Assembly: GCF_000017305.1 (NCBI RefSeq)
Contig: NC_009664.2
Span: 4,050,001 to 4,082,000 of the forward strand
Source: Kineococcus radiotolerans SRS30216 = ATCC BAA-149
Lineage (GTDB): Bacteria; Actinomycetota; Actinomycetes; Actinomycetales; Kineococcaceae
Length of the DNA stretch: 32,000 nt
Direction of reading: 5' to 3'
The position numbers were made by a program, and so were the translations under genes. The notes under the pieces were generated by a model. The model saw only the letters and a program-made list of their open reading frames with translations. It was not told the DNA's origin and made no database searches. Below, in pieces: positions 1 to 7,954 of this stretch. Numbering within the stretch: the first letter of the stretch is position 1; every line of letters starts with the position of its first letter.

Positions 1-54
1 GCCGACGCCGCCACCCAGGAACTCGAAGGGACCCAGGAGGGCGCTCGTGCCTGA
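1..54 (+). CDS. 3' end of an upstream ORF (17 codons, ...ADAATQELEGTQEGARA*), possibly the permease partner of the following LivG/LivF ATPases
   Basis: Frame 1 is open from the window edge to TGA at 52-54. It overlaps the livG GTG (47) by 8 nt, a typical operon coupling. It is too short to identify by sequence. Confidence 0.3.
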   Translation, partial: ADAATQELEGTQEGARA

Positions 55-889
55 GCTCACCGAGGACACCGCCCCGCGCGCCCCGCAGGCGTTCGGCGCT
101 CCGCTGCTGACGATGGAGAACGTCACCCTGAAGTTCGGAGGCGTCGTCGCCCTCAACGACGTGTCCTTCGACATCCGCGAGGGGGAGATCCTGGGGCTCA
201 TCGGCCCCAACGGCGCCGGGAAGACGACGTGCTTCAACGCCCTCACCGGCGTCTACCAGCCGACGTCGGGACGGGTCGTCTTCGACGGCCAGCCGCTGGG
301 CCGGCGCAAGCGGTTCCAGATCAACCGCCTCGGGATCGCCCGCACCTTCCAGAACATCCGCCTGTTCGGGAACATGACCGCGCGGGAGAACGTCCTCGTC
401 GGGGCCGACTCCCACCACCGCTCCGGGGTCGTCAACTCCCTGTTCCGGCTGCCCCGGCACCGCCGGGAGACCCGCGAGGGCCACCGCCTCGCGGACGAGC
501 TGCTCGCGATGATGGACCTCTCCCACCGCGCGGACGACCTGGCCCGCAACCTCTCCTACGGCGAGCAGCGCCGGCTGGAGATCGCCCGGGCGCTGGCCAC
601 GCGGCCCAAGCTGCTCTGCCTGGACGAACCTGCCGCCGGGTTCAACCCGGTCGAGAAGCAGCGGCTGATGGACCTCATCCGCAAGGTCCGCGACATGGGC
701 AACACCGTCCTGCTCATCGAGCACGACATGCGCCTGGTCATGGGCGTCACCGACCGGATCGTGGTCCTGGAGTTCGGCAAGAAGATCGCCGACGGCCTGC
801 CCGCCGACATCCGCAACGACCCGGCCGTCATCGCCGCCTACCTCGGGGTCGAGGACGATCAGCTGGCCGAAGGAGACGTGGACGAATGA
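47..889 (+). CDS. livG: Branched-chain amino-acid ABC transporter ATP-binding protein, LivG type
   Basis: 280-aa ORF with Walker A GPNGAGKTT, ABC signature LSYGEQRRLEIARAL, Walker B LLCLDEPAAG and C-terminal DPAVIAAYLG. The GTG start is preceded by AGGAGG at 35-40. Confidence 0.9.
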   Translation: MPELTEDTAPRAPQAFGAPLLTMENVTLKFGGVVALNDVSFDIREGEILGLIGPNGAGKTTCFNALTGVYQPTSGRVVFDGQPLGRRKRFQINRLGIARTFQNIRLFGNMTARENVLVGADSHHRSGVVNSLFRLPRHRRETREGHRLADELLAMMDLSHRADDLARNLSYGEQRRLEIARALATRPKLLCLDEPAAGFNPVEKQRLMDLIRKVRDMGNTVLLIEHDMRLVMGVTDRIVVLEFGKKIADGLPADIRNDPAVIAAYLGVEDDQLAEGDVDE

Positions 890-1641
890 ACACCCCGACG
901 CAGCAGAAGACCCTCGGTGAGGACCAGCTCGTCGTCGAGGGGCTCAGCGTCAACTACGGCCGCATCGAGGCCATCCGCGACGTGTCGTTCCGGGTGCCCC
1001 GGGGCGCCATCGCGACGCTCATCGGGGCCAACGGCGCGGGCAAGACGACGACGCTGAAGACGGTGTCGGGGCTGCGCAGCGTGCGCACCGGCTCCATCGT
1101 CTTCGAGGGCGAGGACATCACCAAGGTGCCCTCGCACAAGCTCGTCCAGAAGGGCCTCTGCCAGGCTCCCGAGGGGCGCGGCACGTTCGTCGGGATGACC
1201 GTCGAGGAGAACCTCGACATGGGCGCCTACACCCGCAAGGACCGGCGCACCGCGGCCTACCGCAGCGACCTGGAGCGCGTCTACGGGCTGTTCCCGCGCC
1301 TGCAGGAGCGCCGCAGCCAGTTCGCCGGCACCATGTCCGGCGGCGAGCAGCAGATGCTCGCCATCGGCCGGGCGCTGATGAGCCGGCCCCGGGTGCTGCT
1401 CCTCGACGAGCCGTCGATGGGGCTCGCGCCCAAGCTGATCCAGCAGATCTTCTCGATCATCGTGGAGATCAACCAGCAGGGGACGACCGTCCTGCTCGTG
1501 GAGCAGAACGCCGCCCAGGCGCTGCGGATCTCCGACGTGGCCTACGTCCTGGAGACGGGCACCGTCGTGCGCTCGGGGACGGGAGCCGACCTCGCGGCCG
1601 ACGACTCCATCCGCGCCGCCTACCTCGGCGGCGACGTCTAG
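886..1641 (+). CDS. livF: Branched-chain amino-acid ABC transporter ATP-binding protein, LivF type
   Basis: 251 aa from ATG 886, with an ATGA overlap on the livG stop. Walker A GANGAGKTT, signature MSGGEQQMLAIGRAL, Walker B LLLDEPSMGLAP, C-terminal IRAAYLGG. The longer track ORF from 229 reads out of frame across livG. Confidence 0.9.
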   Translation: MNTPTQQKTLGEDQLVVEGLSVNYGRIEAIRDVSFRVPRGAIATLIGANGAGKTTTLKTVSGLRSVRTGSIVFEGEDITKVPSHKLVQKGLCQAPEGRGTFVGMTVEENLDMGAYTRKDRRTAAYRSDLERVYGLFPRLQERRSQFAGTMSGGEQQMLAIGRALMSRPRVLLLDEPSMGLAPKLIQQIFSIIVEINQQGTTVLLVEQNAAQALRISDVAYVLETGTVVRSGTGADLAADDSIRAAYLGGDV

Positions 1642-1654
1642 CCGTCCCGTGTCC

Positions 1655-1681
1655 TCCCGGCGCCGCTCCGCGGCGCCGGGA
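1655..1681 (+). terminator. GC-rich stem-loop downstream of livF
   Basis: TCCCGGCGCCG (1655-1665) pairs perfectly with CGGCGCCGGGA (1671-1681), with a 5-nt loop, 14 nt after the livF stop. There is no U-tract, as is common for actinobacterial terminators. Confidence 0.55.
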
Positions 1682-1837
1682 GTCACCCCCGGTGCTGTCC
1701 CTCACCACACCGGGTGAACGTCCCCGCCCGGATCGCGGGGGGATCTTCCGCCCCGCGCCCGGGTGCCCTAGTGTCCGGCGCAGCCACCCCGAGAGAGCGG
1801 GGCGGCCACCGGCGCGGGGGCCCGGTCTGCTCCGTCG

Positions 1838-1853
1838 GGTGCGTCGACGCACC
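1838..1853. promoter_or_regulatory. Perfect 16-bp palindrome GGTGCGTCGACGCACC directly upstream of the GNAT ORF
   Basis: The sequence is self-complementary over all 16 nt and ends 2 nt before the first GTG (1856) of the acetyltransferase ORF. It is a candidate dimeric-regulator operator or a hairpin. Confidence 0.35.
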
Positions 1854-1855
1854 GC

Positions 1856-2476
1856 GTGGAAGGGGATCCTGTGGCACGACCCGCAGTGGAGGTCCGCGAC
1901 GCCGGGGCCGGCGACATCGACGTCCTCATGGGGCTCTACGCCTCCGCCCGCTTCGACCAGGGGCAGCTGCGCACCGCCACCGCCACCGTGCGGGCCCGCC
2001 TGCTGCGGGCCCTGGAGCACGGCGAGGTCCAGGTGCTCCTCGCCTCCCTGGGCGCCCAGCCCGCCGGCTACGCCCTCATCACCACCTCGCCGCTGCTGCC
2101 GCTGGGCAGCAGCGCCGGCCCCAGCATCGAGCACCTGCACGTCGTCCCCCACCTGCGCCGGCGCGGCGTGGGCCGGGCCCTGCTGCGCCGGGCCATGCTG
2201 CTGGCCCAGGCCGACGGGGCGGACCAGGTCGCCTGCACCGTCCTGCCCGGGGACCGCGAGTACACCCGCTACCTGGCCCGCCTCGGCTTCGCCCCCGTCG
2301 TCGTGCGCCGCGCGGTGCCCCTCCCGGTGCTGCGCCGCCGCCTCGCCGAGGGACCCCCGGCGCTGGCCCACACCACCGACGTCGTCGCCCGTCGCCGGTC
2401 GCTGCGCGCGCGGCTGGCCCGGGCCGGCGCCCCCGGGCCGGGCAGCCCCCCCGCCGGGGTCCCCACCGCCTCCTGA
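1856..2476 (+). CDS. GNAT family N-acetyltransferase
   Basis: The acetyl-CoA binding motif A is HLHVVPHLRRRGVGRALLRRAM, followed by ...YTRYLARLGFAP, typical of a GNAT core. The start is uncertain. GTG 1871 (preceded by GAAGGGGA) and GTG 1886 are in-frame alternatives. Confidence 0.7.
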   Translation: MEGDPVARPAVEVRDAGAGDIDVLMGLYASARFDQGQLRTATATVRARLLRALEHGEVQVLLASLGAQPAGYALITTSPLLPLGSSAGPSIEHLHVVPHLRRRGVGRALLRRAMLLAQADGADQVACTVLPGDREYTRYLARLGFAPVVVRRAVPLPVLRRRLAEGPPALAHTTDVVARRRSLRARLARAGAPGPGSPPAGVPTAS

Positions 2477-2482
2477 GGACGC

Positions 2483-2520
2483 CCCGGCGCCGGTGCCGGG
2501 GCGGGGGCACCGGCGCCGGG
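2483..2520 (+). terminator. 15-bp perfect stem-loop after the GNAT gene, followed by a second small hairpin at 2522-2538
   Basis: CCCGGCGCCGGTGCC (2483-2497) pairs with GGCACCGGCGCCGGG (2506-2520) around an 8-nt loop. GGGGCGGG-A-CCCGCCCC follows immediately. Confidence 0.6.
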
Positions 2521-2559
2521 CGGGGCGGGACCCGCCCCGCCCGCTCGCCACCGCCCCCG

Positions 2560-2581
2560 TGTCGCCGGAGCTGACTACCCT
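2560..2581 (+). promoter_or_regulatory. RecA-independent (PafBC-type) DNA-damage promoter-like motif upstream of polA
   Basis: TGTCGCCG-GAGCTGAC-TACCCT. The TAnnnT hexamer ends 7 nt before the in-frame GTG at 2589. The same geometry is found at uvrB, uvrA and uvrC. Confidence 0.6.
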
Positions 2582-2588
2582 GACCGAC

Positions 2589-5390
2589 GTGACCCCCGCT
2601 GCCTCCACCACCGCCTCCACGACCCGGGCGCGCGCGAGCAGCGCGCGGAAGGGGGCGAAGGCGGCCCCCGCCCGTCCGCGGCTGCTCCTCATCGACGGTC
2701 ACTCGATGGCCTACCGGGCCTTCTACGCCCTGCCGGTGCAGAACTTCGCGACGACGACGGGTCAGCCGACGAACGCGGTGTACGGCTTCACCTCGATGCT
2801 CATCAACCTGCTGCGCGACGAGGACCCCACGCACTTCGCCGTCACCTTCGACGTCTCGCGGGCCTCCTTCCGCACCGAGGTCTACGCCGACTACAAGGGG
2901 ACCCGCACCAAGAGCCCCGACGAGTTCCGCGGGCAGGTGGACCTGGTCAAGGAGGTGCTCGCCGCCCTGCGGGTGCCGGTGGTGGAGATCGAGGGCTACG
3001 AGGCCGACGACGTCATCGCCACCCTCACCGAGCAGGCCGTGGCCCAGGGGTTCGACGTCCTCATCTCCAGCGGGGACCGCGACGCCTTCCAGCTCGTCCG
3101 CCCCGAGGTCACCGTCCTCTACCCGGTGAAGGGCGTCTCGGAGCTGACGCGGATGACCCCTGAGGCCGTCGAGGCCAAGTACGGCGTCCCGCCCGAGCGC
3201 TACCCCGACCTCGCCGCGCTGGTGGGGGAGTCCTCCGACAACCTCCCCGGCGTCCCCGGGGTCGGGGCCAAGACGGCGGCGAAGTGGATCAACCTCTACG
3301 ACGGGCTCGACGGGGTCATCGCCAACGCCGACCTCATCAAGGGCAAGGCGGGGGAGAGCCTGCGCGCCCACCTGGACTCCGTCATCCGCAACCGCCGCCT
3401 CAACGCCCTCGTCCACGACCTCACCCTGTCGGCGACGATCCCCGAGCTCGTCCGCCGCGCCTGGGACCGCGAGCAGGTCCACACCGTCTTCGACGGCCTT
3501 GAGTTCCGCGTCCTGCGCGACCGCCTCTTCGCCACCCTCGAGTCCGCCGAACCCGAGGCGGAGGCCGGCTTCGGCGTCGACGGCGCCGTCCTCCTCGCCG
3601 GGGAGGTGGCCCCGTGGCTGACCGACCACGCCCAGGACCGCACCGGGCTGCACGTCACGGGGGAGTGGAGCCGCGGCAGCGGCGAGGTCACCGGTCTCGC
3701 CCTCGCCGGCGCCGACGGGGTGGCCGCCTGGATCGACCCCCTCACCCTGGAACCGGCCGACGAGCAGGCGCTCGCGGCCTGGCTCGCCGACCCCGACCGG
3801 CCCAAGGTCGCCCACGACGTCAAGGGCCCCAGCCACGCCCTGCTCGCCCGCGGCTGGACCCTGGCCGGGGTCGTCCTGGACACCGCGCTCGCCGCCTACC
3901 TGTGCCGGCCCGACCAGCGCAGCTACGACCTCGCCGACCTCGCCGTGCGCCACCTCAAGCGCGAGCTGCGCGCCGAGGGCTCCACCGGGGGCGCCGACGC
4001 CGACGTCGACGAGCAGCTGACCCTCGACGGCAGCGACGGTCCCGTCGGCGGGGACCAGCAGGCCCGCGCCGAGGAGGGGATGGTCCGGGCCCTGGCGATC
4101 TCCGAGCTGGCCGGGGTCCTGGCCGCGGAGCTGGAGGAGCGCGGGGGCACGCGGCTGCTGCACGAGGTCGAGCTGCCGCTGGTCGCCGTGCTGGCCGCGC
4201 AGGAGCGCGTCGGCATCGCCGTGGACGACGAGCTGCTCGCCGACCTCGAGGCCCGCTTCGCCGAGCGGGTGGCGCAGGCGCAGGCGCAGGCGTACGAGGT
4301 CATCGGCACCGAGATCAACCTGGGCTCGCCCAAGCAGCTGCAGACGGTGCTCTTCGAGCAGCTGGACATGCCCAAGACCAAGCGCACCAAGACGGGGTAC
4401 ACGACGGACGCGGACGCCCTCGCGGCGCTGTTCGTCAAGACGGAGCACCCGTTCCTGGCCCACCTGCTGGAGCACCGCGACGCCTCGCGGCTGCGGCAGA
4501 CGGTCGAGGGGCTGCGCAAGTCCGTCGCCGACGACGGCCGCATCCACACCACCTACCAGCAGATGATCGCCGCGACCGGCCGGTTGTCCTCGACCGACCC
4601 GAACCTGCAGAACATCCCCATCCGCACCGAGGAGGGGCGCCGGATCCGCGAGGCGTTCGTCGTCGGGCCCGACGCGGGCGCCGGGGACGGCTACGAGTGC
4701 CTGCTCACGGCCGACTACTCCCAGATCGAGATGCGGATCATGGCCCACCTCTCCGGCGACGAGGGGCTCATCTCGGCGTTCACCTCGGGGGAGGACCTGC
4801 ACCGCTTCGTCGGCAGCCGGGTCTTCGGGGTGGCCCCCGTCGACGTCACCCCCGAGATGCGGGCCAAGATCAAGGCGATGTCCTACGGCCTGGCCTACGG
4901 CCTGAGCGCCTTCGGGCTGTCGAACCAGCTGAAGATCTCCACCGAGGAGGCCAAGGACCTCATGGACGAGTACTTCCAGCGGTTCGGCGGCGTGCGCGAC
5001 TACCTGCACGGCGTCGTGGAGGAGGCGCGCCGGACCGGCTGGACCGAGACGATCATGGGCCGGCGCCGCTACCTGCCCGACCTGGCCAGCGACAACCGCC
5101 AGCGCCGGGAGATGGCCGAGCGGATGGCGCTGAACGCCCCCATCCAGGGGTCGGCCGCGGACATCATCAAGGTCGCGATGCTGGACCTCGACGCGGGGCT
5201 GCGCGAGGCGGGGCTGCGCTCGCGGCTGCTGCTGCAGGTCCACGACGAACTGGTCCTCGAGGTCGCGCGGGGCGAGCGCGAACCGCTGGAGGAGCTCGTG
5301 CGCGCGACGATGGCCGGGGCCGCGGACCTGGCGGTGCCGCTGGACGTCTCCGTCGGGGTGGGCCGGTCCTGGCACGAGGCCGGGCACTGA
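2589..5390 (+). CDS. polA: DNA polymerase I
   Basis: 933 aa. It has the 5'-nuclease N-terminus LLLIDGHSMAYRAFYAL...GYEADDVIATL. Polymerase motif A is LLTADYSQIEMRIMAHLSGD, motif B is RAKIKAMSYGLAYG and motif C is LLLQVHDELVLEV. The start is set at GTG 2589 by the upstream promoter motif. The 299 codons upstream in the track ORF (from 1692) are P/R/A-rich and overlap the GNAT gene. Confidence 0.95.
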   Translation: MTPAASTTASTTRARASSARKGAKAAPARPRLLLIDGHSMAYRAFYALPVQNFATTTGQPTNAVYGFTSMLINLLRDEDPTHFAVTFDVSRASFRTEVYADYKGTRTKSPDEFRGQVDLVKEVLAALRVPVVEIEGYEADDVIATLTEQAVAQGFDVLISSGDRDAFQLVRPEVTVLYPVKGVSELTRMTPEAVEAKYGVPPERYPDLAALVGESSDNLPGVPGVGAKTAAKWINLYDGLDGVIANADLIKGKAGESLRAHLDSVIRNRRLNALVHDLTLSATIPELVRRAWDREQVHTVFDGLEFRVLRDRLFATLESAEPEAEAGFGVDGAVLLAGEVAPWLTDHAQDRTGLHVTGEWSRGSGEVTGLALAGADGVAAWIDPLTLEPADEQALAAWLADPDRPKVAHDVKGPSHALLARGWTLAGVVLDTALAAYLCRPDQRSYDLADLAVRHLKRELRAEGSTGGADADVDEQLTLDGSDGPVGGDQQARAEEGMVRALAISELAGVLAAELEERGGTRLLHEVELPLVAVLAAQERVGIAVDDELLADLEARFAERVAQAQAQAYEVIGTEINLGSPKQLQTVLFEQLDMPKTKRTKTGYTTDADALAALFVKTEHPFLAHLLEHRDASRLRQTVEGLRKSVADDGRIHTTYQQMIAATGRLSSTDPNLQNIPIRTEEGRRIREAFVVGPDAGAGDGYECLLTADYSQIEMRIMAHLSGDEGLISAFTSGEDLHRFVGSRVFGVAPVDVTPEMRAKIKAMSYGLAYGLSAFGLSNQLKISTEEAKDLMDEYFQRFGGVRDYLHGVVEEARRTGWTETIMGRRRYLPDLASDNRQRREMAERMALNAPIQGSAADIIKVAMLDLDAGLREAGLRSRLLLQVHDELVLEVARGEREPLEELVRATMAGAADLAVPLDVSVGVGRSWHEAGH

Positions 5391-5400
5391 CCGGCTCCGG

Positions 5401-6858
5401 CTAGCCGGCGGCCGCCCGCCGGGCGCCGCGCGGGGCGGGTGCGTGCCGCGTGCACGCCCGCCCGGCGGACTTGGCCTCGTAGAGGGCGGCGTCGGCCCGG
5501 GCCACCAGCGCCTCGACGGGTTCGCGCCCGTCCCACCCGGCGGTGCCCGCGGAGAAGGTCTGGCCCTGCGGCGTGGCCCGGCGCCACCCGGACAGCAGGT
5601 GGTCCACCTCCTCGACCGGCGCCGCGCAGAGCAGGAGGAACTCCTCCCCGCCCCAGCGGGCCAGGTGACCGCCGGGGGGCAGGCGGGCCCGCCAGGCGTC
5701 GGCGCACTCCCGCAGCAGGGTGTCGCCGGCGGGGTGGCCGCGGGTGTCGTTGAACCGCTTGAAGTGGTCGAGGTCCAGCAGGGCGATCGTCACCGGCCGC
5801 CCCGCCGCCCCCGGTGCGCAGCGGTCCGCCAGCTGCTCCCGGCCGCTGCGCCGGTTGGGCAGCCCCGTCAGTTCGTCGGTGACCGACAGCCAGCGCAGCC
5901 GTTCCGCCTGGGCGCCCACCGCCTCGAGCAGGACCGCGGCGCGGGCCAGGACGAGGGTGAACAGCACGCCGCACCCCACGACGACCGTCCACGGGTCGAC
6001 CTCCCGCCCCAGCGCGAGCTGCAGGGCCGCGGTGCCCGGGGCCAGCAGCCCCGCCGCGCCGAGGGCGAGCAGGCGCAGGCGGGTCAGCTGGACGGAGCCC
6101 GCCGGCCCCTCCCGCCGCAGCCGCGCCGCCGCGGGGTGGGTGACCGCGGCGGTCCAGGTCAGGAACGAGACGAGGAACGCCACGACGACCACCTGCCCGC
6201 CGGGACCGGGACCGGTCAGGCGCCAGGCCAGGTCGGCGGTGAGGGAGGCGAGCAGGCCGAGGGTCATCAGCCGCAGCGGGACCGCGGCCCGCGGGCTCAC
6301 CGCACCCGCGCCCACCGCGAGCGCGAGCAGGGCGAGGTCCAGCACCGGGTAGGCCAGCACCGCCACCGCGCCCGCGGGGTCCTGGCCGAACCGGTCCAGG
6401 TCGGGTTCCACGACGAAGGCCCACGTGAGCACGGACACCCCCGAGGTGATGACCGCGACGTCGATGACGCCGCCCACCCCGGGGCGGGGGCGGGTCCGGC
6501 GCGCGACCCACCACACCCCGGCCCCCACGAGGGGGTAGCCGAGCAGGAAGGGCAGGTCCCACAGCCACCACCGGCCGGCCGGGGTCGGCGCGAACCACGG
6601 CAGCACCTGCACGCACGCGCCCGCGGCCCACAGGCCCAGCCCGCTGCCCAGCACCACCCAGCCGCCGCGGGGGCGGGGCCGGTGCCGACGCAGGCCGAGC
6701 ACCGCCCCCACCGGCATGGCGCAGGCCACCATGGCGTACAGCAGCGCCCCGGCGGGACCGGTGGGCAGGACCAGGCACGCCGCGGCGAGCAGCGCGGCGA
6801 CGGCGAGGAGGACGGACCGGGCCCCGGGCGGGCGGGGGCCGGTCGAGGGTGCGGGCAC
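5401..6858 (-). CDS. Membrane-anchored diguanylate cyclase (GGDEF domain)
   Basis: The N-terminal ~310 aa are mostly hydrophobic segments, roughly 8 predicted TM helices. The C-terminal GGDEF domain reads DELTGLPNRR...LLDLDHFKRFNDTRGHPAGD...ARWGGEEFLLL, with GGEEF encoded at 5638-5652. No RxxD I-site is present 5 residues upstream of GGEEF. The GTG start lies 3 nt after the upstream methyltransferase stop. Confidence 0.85.
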   Translation of the reverse strand: MPAPSTGPRPPGARSVLLAVAALLAAACLVLPTGPAGALLYAMVACAMPVGAVLGLRRHRPRPRGGWVVLGSGLGLWAAGACVQVLPWFAPTPAGRWWLWDLPFLLGYPLVGAGVWWVARRTRPRPGVGGVIDVAVITSGVSVLTWAFVVEPDLDRFGQDPAGAVAVLAYPVLDLALLALAVGAGAVSPRAAVPLRLMTLGLLASLTADLAWRLTGPGPGGQVVVVAFLVSFLTWTAAVTHPAAARLRREGPAGSVQLTRLRLLALGAAGLLAPGTAALQLALGREVDPWTVVVGCGVLFTLVLARAAVLLEAVGAQAERLRWLSVTDELTGLPNRRSGREQLADRCAPGAAGRPVTIALLDLDHFKRFNDTRGHPAGDTLLRECADAWRARLPPGGHLARWGGEEFLLLCAAPVEEVDHLLSGWRRATPQGQTFSAGTAGWDGREPVEALVARADAALYEAKSAGRACTRHAPAPRGARRAAAG

Positions 6859-6861
6859 GGC

Positions 6862-7761
6862 TCAGCCGTCGGCGCGGGGGACGGCCGGCGGGCGGGGGGG
6901 GGCGAGGTCGGCGACGAGGACCAGCGTGCCGGGCAGCAGCTCACCGCGCAGCCGGCTCCAGCCGCCCCACACCGCCTCCCCGGCCAGCCACTCCGGCTCG
7001 ACGAGGTCGCGCACCGCGAAGCCCGCCGCCACGAGCAGGCGCACCCAGTCGCCGACGGTGCGGTGGTGCTCGGCGTAGGTGACGACCCCGTGCTCGTCGG
7101 CCTCGACGTAGGCGCGGCGGTCAAAGTAGGAGTGGGTGGCGGTCAGGCCCTCGGGGCCGGGCACGTCGGGCAGCGCCCAGCGCAGCGGGTGCGGCACGCT
7201 GGCCGCGAACCGGCCCCCCGGGCGCAGGACGCGGGCGGCCTCGCGCAGGACCCGGTCGGCGTCGGCCACGAAGGGCAGCGCGCCGTAGGAGGTGAAGACG
7301 ACGTCGAAGCTGTCGTCGGCGAAGGGGAGGACCCGCGCGTCGCACTGCAGCAGCGGGACCCCGGCGGCGGCCGCGGCCGCGGCCCCCTCGCCCAGCATGC
7401 CCAGCGACAGGTCGCTCGCCACGACGCGCCCGCCGCGGGCGGCGACCCAGCGCGCGCACTGGGCCGCGCCCGCGCCGACCTCCAGGACGGTGCGCCCGGC
7501 CAGGTCCCCCAGCAGGCCCGCGTCGGCCTCGCGCAGGCCCTCCGGACCCCACACCAGCTCCGAGCCCTCGCGGTCGTCGCCGAGGAACGCGCCGTGCTCG
7601 CGGCGGTAGCCGCCGGCCTCGGCGTCCCACCAGCGGCGCTGCGCGGCGACGGTCTCGGCGGCGCCCACCTCGCGGCGCCCGACCGCCGGCTGGTCGGGCA
7701 GGCCGGGGACCGCGCCGGGGTCCTGGTCGGGGGTCGGCTCGGGGGTCTGCTCGGGAGGCAC
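6862..7761 (-). CDS. Class I SAM-dependent methyltransferase
   Basis: Motif I is VLEVGAGAAQCARWV, post-I is VVASDLS, then FDVVFTSYGALPF and LRPGGRF. There is an N-terminal P/E/T-rich extension. It starts at GTG. Confidence 0.8.
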   Translation of the reverse strand: MPPEQTPEPTPDQDPGAVPGLPDQPAVGRREVGAAETVAAQRRWWDAEAGGYRREHGAFLGDDREGSELVWGPEGLREADAGLLGDLAGRTVLEVGAGAAQCARWVAARGGRVVASDLSLGMLGEGAAAAAAAGVPLLQCDARVLPFADDSFDVVFTSYGALPFVADADRVLREAARVLRPGGRFAASVPHPLRWALPDVPGPEGLTATHSYFDRRAYVEADEHGVVTYAEHHRTVGDWVRLLVAAGFAVRDLVEPEWLAGEAVWGGWSRLRGELLPGTLVLVADLAPPRPPAVPRADG

Positions 7762-7811
7762 GCCGCAGATCGTCCCAGCCCCGGTCCGGACCAGCGGCCG
7801 CCGAGCCCGGC

Positions 7812-7841
7812 TTTACCCCCTCCGGTGCGCCCGGGTAGGCT
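7812..7841 (+). promoter_or_regulatory. Candidate housekeeping promoter for rpsA (TTTACC-N18-TAGGCT)
   Basis: The -35-like TTTACC (7812-7817) and -10 TAGGCT (7836-7841) would give a ~110-nt leader carrying three palindromes. This rests on pattern match only. Confidence 0.3.
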
Positions 7842-7954
7842 TGGACGGCTTGCGTCCCAGGACCCACCCACGGGTCCCCGCGGGGCGCAGGTGGCGGCCG
7901 GGAGCCTCCCGGGTCCGCGACCCTACGACTGTCCCTGACGGAGCCCCTACCTCC

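Noticed and set aside
229-885. Upstream part of the 470-aa ORF that ends as livF.
   Set aside because: It is an alternative frame across livG with a Pro/Arg-rich translation. LivF homology begins at ATG 886, which overlaps the livG stop.
1692-2588. N-terminal 299 codons of the 1232-aa polA track ORF, and the overlapping 1714-2574 ORF.
   Set aside because: They are Pro/Arg/Ala-rich, overlap the GNAT gene in other frames, and are crossed by two terminator hairpins. The polA promoter motif and the conserved PolA N-terminus start at 2589.
2079-5387. 1102-aa minus-strand ORF antisense to polA. Similar giant antisense ORFs are 15267-18269 (1000 aa), 18797-22327 (1176 aa), 27597-30050 (817 aa), 7121-9259 (712 aa), 12301-13923 (540 aa) and 23983-26469 (828 aa).
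   Set aside because: Each mirrors a well-supported gene on the other strand. They stay open only because stop codons are rare at this GC content. Their translations are Arg/Gly/Pro/Ala/Asp-rich with no recognisable domains.
5391-5408. CCGGCT-ccggct-AGCCGG hairpin in the 10-nt gap between the convergent polA and GGDEF stops, as a terminator.
   Set aside because: It has only a 6-bp stem and overlaps the GGDEF stop codon. It is too weak to call, although some bidirectional termination signal must exist here.
5443-7938. 831-aa plus-strand ORF spanning the GGDEF and methyltransferase loci, and the 5069-6778 minus-strand ORF (569 aa).
   Set aside because: They are antisense or frame-shifted shadows of the two real minus-strand genes. 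They have no motifs and a highly biased Arg/Gly/Pro composition.
7930-7953. TGTC upstream of rpsA (TGTCCCTG-ACGGAGCC-CCTACC) as a fifth damage-promoter copy.
   Set aside because: There is no TAnnnT hexamer at the required 16-nt offset. The nearest TA-hexamer ends 1 nt before the ATG. The region instead contains the rpsA SD (GGAG).
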